Below are positions 60,363-64,000 of a DNA stretch of 64,000 bases, one piece after another. Each line of letters starts with the position of its first letter. The stretch's first letter is position 1. The stretch is taken from positions 162,948 to 226,947 of IMG/VR virus record IMGVR_UViG_3300021979_000001, one strand, 5' to 3'. The stretch is from a virus (lineage: Duplodnaviria > Heunggongvirae > Uroviricota > Caudoviricetes). Made by a program: the position numbers and the translations under genes. The notes below the pieces were generated by a model. That model made no database searches, was not told the DNA's origin, and saw only the letters and a list, made by a program, of their open reading frames with translations.

Positions 60363-61598
60363 TTACTTTTTAATACCGGAAAGACGAACGATTTTTTCGA
60401 GTTCGCTATCGACTAGTGGGTCAGTAGATTCCTCTAAGATTGCTTTTGCTCTATTGCCGGTTTTCACGGTTGAGTAGCGCTGCGTTTCTTTTTTATTTTC
60501 GTTCAGCGTGGTTTTGCCTTTTGGGGCAGGTTTCCGGGCTTCGTTCATAACAACCGGAAGTAATTTATTAAAAGCATCGCGAAGTTCTGCTGTCTTTGTT
60601 GTTTCCAACATTGATTCCATCACGGCACGTTTATCGCCGCGCAGGTTTGACATCAGTTCATTCATAACCTTATTCCGACGTTCGCGGCTTTCGGCTAACT
60701 GTGCTTTACGCTGTGCTGCGGTAGTATTTTTGGCGGCTTCATCTAATTTTTGTTTAGTGGCTCGAAGTTCATTAGTGGTGCTTTCAAGCACTTTCTGTAA
60801 TTCACCAACTTTGGTGCCTTCGATAAAATAAGATGACATGAATTCATTGGCGACTGCCTCGAATACACGACGACCAAACATATTTTCGCGATTGCGCTCT
60901 AATTCGTCATGAAGTGACGAAAGTTCAGTTTTCAGTGTTTCGTTGATGAATGTTTCAGCACGTTTTGCCGATTTCTCGACAATGCGCTTTTTCATTTCAG
61001 CAAGCTGGGCACGTCCTTCTGATGCGAGTTTGACGCGGGCTTCGACTAGGGCGCGTTTGTCCTGGGCGAATTCTTTAAGTTCTGCGGTTACGCGACGAAC
61101 GACAAACTCATCGATTTTTTGTAACCGGGCAGCATGTTCATCAGCCATTGCAGCCTTGACTTCTGCCAGTTCTTCTGCCATAATGTTTACCTGTTCAGCG
61201 AGTTTCGCTTTCTGGGCATTCAGTTCAGCAGCTTTTGCACTAAAATGTTCTTTAATGCGTTTGGTGAGCATGTCGGTTTTCGTCGAATATTCAGAAGCAT
61301 ACTTTGAACGAGATTCTTTGATTGCTTTGCGGGCAACGGTGCGTGCTTCTACAAATTTTTTGATTTCGGCATTTTTGGCTTCTTCATGTTCGGCAATAAC
61401 ATTGCCCATGAGGCGGTCCATAGCTTCAACCATTTGATTTTTATCATGCTCGTAACGACGTGAAAATTCAGCGCGAACATTGTGTTCTGCTTCTTCTTTC
61501 GCTTCGGCAACACGAGCATCAAATGCTTCTTGTAATGATTCCATCACTTCTTTTGAAAGCGTTTTATCCCCAAGAATACTGGTTAGATTATTTACCAT
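60363..61598 (-). CDS. prohead scaffolding protein (gp22-like)
   Basis: Coiled coil, REN.FGRR.FEA...EF; lies between the protease and capsid genes. Confidence 0.85.
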   Translation of the reverse strand: MVNNLTSILGDKTLSKEVMESLQEAFDARVAEAKEEAEHNVRAEFSRRYEHDKNQMVEAMDRLMGNVIAEHEEAKNAEIKKFVEARTVARKAIKESRSKYASEYSTKTDMLTKRIKEHFSAKAAELNAQKAKLAEQVNIMAEELAEVKAAMADEHAARLQKIDEFVVRRVTAELKEFAQDKRALVEARVKLASEGRAQLAEMKKRIVEKSAKRAETFINETLKTELSSLHDELERNRENMFGRRVFEAVANEFMSSYFIEGTKVGELQKVLESTTNELRATKQKLDEAAKNTTAAQRKAQLAESRERRNKVMNELMSNLRGDKRAVMESMLETTKTAELRDAFNKLLPVVMNEARKPAPKGKTTLNENKKETQRYSTVKTGNRAKAILEESTDPLVDSELEKIVRLSGIKK

Positions 61599-61615
61599 AA
61601 GAAATTAACTCCGGG

Positions 61616-62239
61616 TTATTTCAACTGTTCAATCCAAGACATCAATTCCTTTTGTAAAAAGGTTTGTGCCTTTGGATCGTGGGATACAGCATGCGCTAAA
61701 CTTTCAATTATCGCGCCGCGCTTACTGTCTCTTGATTCATAAACCGGTCGAGGATATGCCCCAGGCGCAGATGGCCGAGCCACGATGTCAACAGTCACAA
61801 TTTCAAAACCTGAAACTGATCCATCGTTGTCAACATCACCGCTACCACGTGACGATACCCCGAGTTTCACATCACATTCGATCAGTGTTTTGATGATGTT
61901 CCCAACTGGCGTGGGGAGAATTTCAAGTTTCCCCATGCCATTCGGGCCATCCATCCACATCTTAGAAATGCGATGTGAAACACGATCAAGATTGATGTTC
62001 AATTCTTCGGGGTGATCACATTCCCCAAGAACACTTTCGCCTTTAGTAATAATTCCGTTGATTGCATCAACAGCAGACGAAATTTCACGAACCGGATATA
62101 TACGTTGATTGTGATTTCGAACACCACCCTGAACAAAAATTCCAGTCATGTATAATTTTTTTGCATTGCCATTTTCACCAGCCGACGATTCAACAACCAT
62201 CCCTGCTTGATCAAATGTCATTCTTTCTTGCAAAATCAT
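61616..62239 (-). CDS. prohead protease (gp21-like)
   Basis: GIFVQG..RN.N.RIY, GE.DHP, RVSH, GVSSRG.G, DIVA.PSAP.A. Confidence 0.95.
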   Translation of the reverse strand: MILQERMTFDQAGMVVESSAGENGNAKKLYMTGIFVQGGVRNHNQRIYPVREISSAVDAINGIITKGESVLGECDHPEELNINLDRVSHRISKMWMDGPNGMGKLEILPTPVGNIIKTLIECDVKLGVSSRGSGDVDNDGSVSGFEIVTVDIVARPSAPGAYPRPVYESRDSKRGAIIESLAHAVSHDPKAQTFLQKELMSWIEQLK

Positions 62240-62276
62240 TATGTGTCCCTTCTCAAATCGTATATGTTATTTATGA

Positions 62277-63224
62277 TTATTTCTTTTTTCCGAGTGGCGA
62301 AACATTATTGCCATCAGATTTTAATTTGTTAAGTTCAGCCGACTTATCGCCTTCTTTACTTACACGCTGTGTATTATCGGTCGAACGTTTGCGGGAATTT
62401 GCAAACTTTGCATTAGTGTCTTTGACATCTGGTGCAGTTTCACGGTCAAAACCTTTGTGGCCGTTGCTTTTAATTTCAACCGGCTTACCGCCTTTACCAC
62501 GTTCTGCCATTGGCTTCATTGGAATCGGGGTTGCCTTGTTCTGATCAAATGATTTTCCGGTGCCAACTTCTTTACCATCATCGTCAAGTGAAAGACTGAT
62601 TTTTTCCAAATCACTTGCAATGCTTTCCGTGATTGAATCAAAATCATCATCTTCATCTTCGTGATGAATATCAATTTCCAGATCACCTTCCTCTAATTCG
62701 TCTTCTTCTTCTGTATCCATTTCCAGATCATCCGCAGTATCTTCTAATTCTTCAACATCTGCATCTGCATCTGTTTCCAAATTATCTACATCATCGGCTT
62801 CGGTAGATACATCACCCATCAGTTCTTCGAACTGGGCGACAAGGGTATCTAACTGATCTTCAAAGTCTTCCAAGCGGTCTTCGATTTGTTCACCATCTTC
62901 TTCGGTTTCTTCGGTGTCCGCTTCAAGTTCGTCGCTGTCCATACCCATATCTGTTTCCAGATCGTCAGCAGCAGCTTCCACTTCTTCTTCGTCCGCATTG
63001 TCTTCTGCTGCATTTTCTGCATCAGCAAGATCATTAACGTCGTAATATTCTTCTGATGTAATCGAATCATCGAAGTCTTCTTTGAGGATTGATTCATCAC
63101 CCTGGCGCAATGATTCGTGAATTTTGCGTGAACGCTGAATCATGTAATTACGCATAAGTTCGGTGGCGCGATCTGTGTTATCATCCAGTAGTGCAGCGAT
63201 TGCACTTTCAAGAATTGATTTCAT
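62277..63224 (-). CDS. highly acidic prohead core protein
   Basis: SRKIHESL, D/E-rich body, EDRLED.ED.LD.L..QFE; late promoter motif upstream. Confidence 0.8.
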   Translation of the reverse strand: MKSILESAIAALLDDNTDRATELMRNYMIQRSRKIHESLRQGDESILKEDFDDSITSEEYYDVNDLADAENAAEDNADEEEVEAAADDLETDMGMDSDELEADTEETEEDGEQIEDRLEDFEDQLDTLVAQFEELMGDVSTEADDVDNLETDADADVEELEDTADDLEMDTEEEDELEEGDLEIDIHHEDEDDDFDSITESIASDLEKISLSLDDDGKEVGTGKSFDQNKATPIPMKPMAERGKGGKPVEIKSNGHKGFDRETAPDVKDTNAKFANSRKRSTDNTQRVSKEGDKSAELNKLKSDGNNVSPLGKKK

Positions 63225-63386
63225 TTTAATAACTCCCTAAAATTATTTGTTGCTCAATGTTAATTAACATTCTATTTTTATTTAGTAACTTGACCAAAAA
63301 AAGTGGATTTAAGTGCAAAAAAGTGCAAAAAACGATATTTTTAATAAAAAATTCAAAAAAATATCATCAATTGCTAGCTATGGAAA

Positions 63387-63626
63387 TTAGAAGTTCATCC
63401 CCATGCCACCCGTTTCTTCTTGTTGACCATACATGATTCCAAGTAAATCTTGGTTCTGTAACTGTTCTAATTTTTTCATCGCTCTTAATTTCTTAAGACG
63501 ATTTAAGTGTCGTAGAGTCAATACTGGCTTTCGTGTGTCATTTCGTCTACGTCGTGTTAGTTTGTCTTCCGCTGGGTCATATAACGCGGTTGATAATTCA
63601 TCCTTCGAAACTTCAAAGATGTTCAT
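63387..63626 (-). CDS. small head-module protein
   Basis: DTRKP.LTLR.LNRL..LR..MYG; directly downstream of the portal gene. Confidence 0.8.
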   Translation of the reverse strand: MNIFEVSKDELSTALYDPAEDKLTRRRRNDTRKPVLTLRHLNRLKKLRAMKKLEQLQNQDLLGIMYGQQEETGGMGMNF

Positions 63627-63646
63627 GATTTGTTCCTTTATACTTA

Positions 63647-64000
63647 TTATGCATTATTATCTGTAGTTGGTTCTGGGGCGGGTGCTGGCTCATTGTTCGA
63701 ACCACCCGCATCATCCAAATCACCCATATCACCAGTATCGTCCAAATCGCCCAAATCAGCATCGTTATCGTCGAAATTAAAATCAGCACCGAACCCACCA
63801 CCGGATGGTCTGATACCAACCGAACTTAAATCACTATTTGGATCAGTATCAGCCGGTGTTGCACCTGTGGTTTTTTTAAGTTTATTTGCATTTTCTTCTT
63901 TCCACATGGCTTGGTTCATTATGATTTCTTCACTCGTTAGACCTAGGAACCGTTCCATTTTAAACCGTTCTGATAATTTTTTATTTCCTTCAAGTTGCTG
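63647..64000 (-). CDS. portal protein C-terminus (5' part lies outside the window)
   Basis: RFLGLT.EEI..N..MW.EEN plus acidic Gly-rich tail; position in the head module. Confidence 0.75.
   Translation of the reverse strand, partial: QQLEGNKKLSERFKMERFLGLTSEEIIMNQAMWKEENANKLKKTTGATPADTDPNSDLSSVGIRPSGGGFGADFNFDDNDADLGDLDDTGDMGDLDDAGGSNNEPAPAPEPTTDNNA

Overview
This window is part of a large, AT-rich, T4-related jumbo myovirus genome. The gene set resembles the RAK2/Atu_ph07-like jumbo phages, and an alphaproteobacterial host is likely; both points are inference. The right end holds the head module on the minus strand: portal C-terminus, acidic core and scaffold proteins, prohead protease and a gp23-like major capsid protein. 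Replication genes include both type II topoisomerase subunits, a split DnaE-type polymerase fragment, an RFC-like clamp loader and three DEDD exonucleases. There is an unusually complete host-like translation-rescue and proteostasis kit: SmpB, S21, Smr, RNA ligase 1, ClpP, ClpX, ClpS, GroES, MoxR-VWA, tRNA-Leu and tRNA-Gly. Sigma70-like promoters and a recurrent ATAAATA late-promoter motif are visible. The most interesting unexplained signals are: (1) a two-gene operon encoding a ubiquitin-like, LRGG-terminated small protein and a Cys-motif partner (8165-9682); (2) a ~620-nt, promoter-driven, heavily base-paired and probably pseudoknotted non-coding region near smpB (35941-36570); (3) a cupin/pyrophosphohydrolase fusion coupled to a minimal class II aminoacyl-tRNA-synthetase-like enzyme; (4) a catalytically intact, transposase-less TnpB with homing-endonuclease-style late control; (5) a set of putative head-packaged effector enzymes sharing an N-terminal leader; (6) a dispersed family of about 12 paralogues with a shared C-terminal motif. 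All calls come from visual motif recognition; no searches were run.
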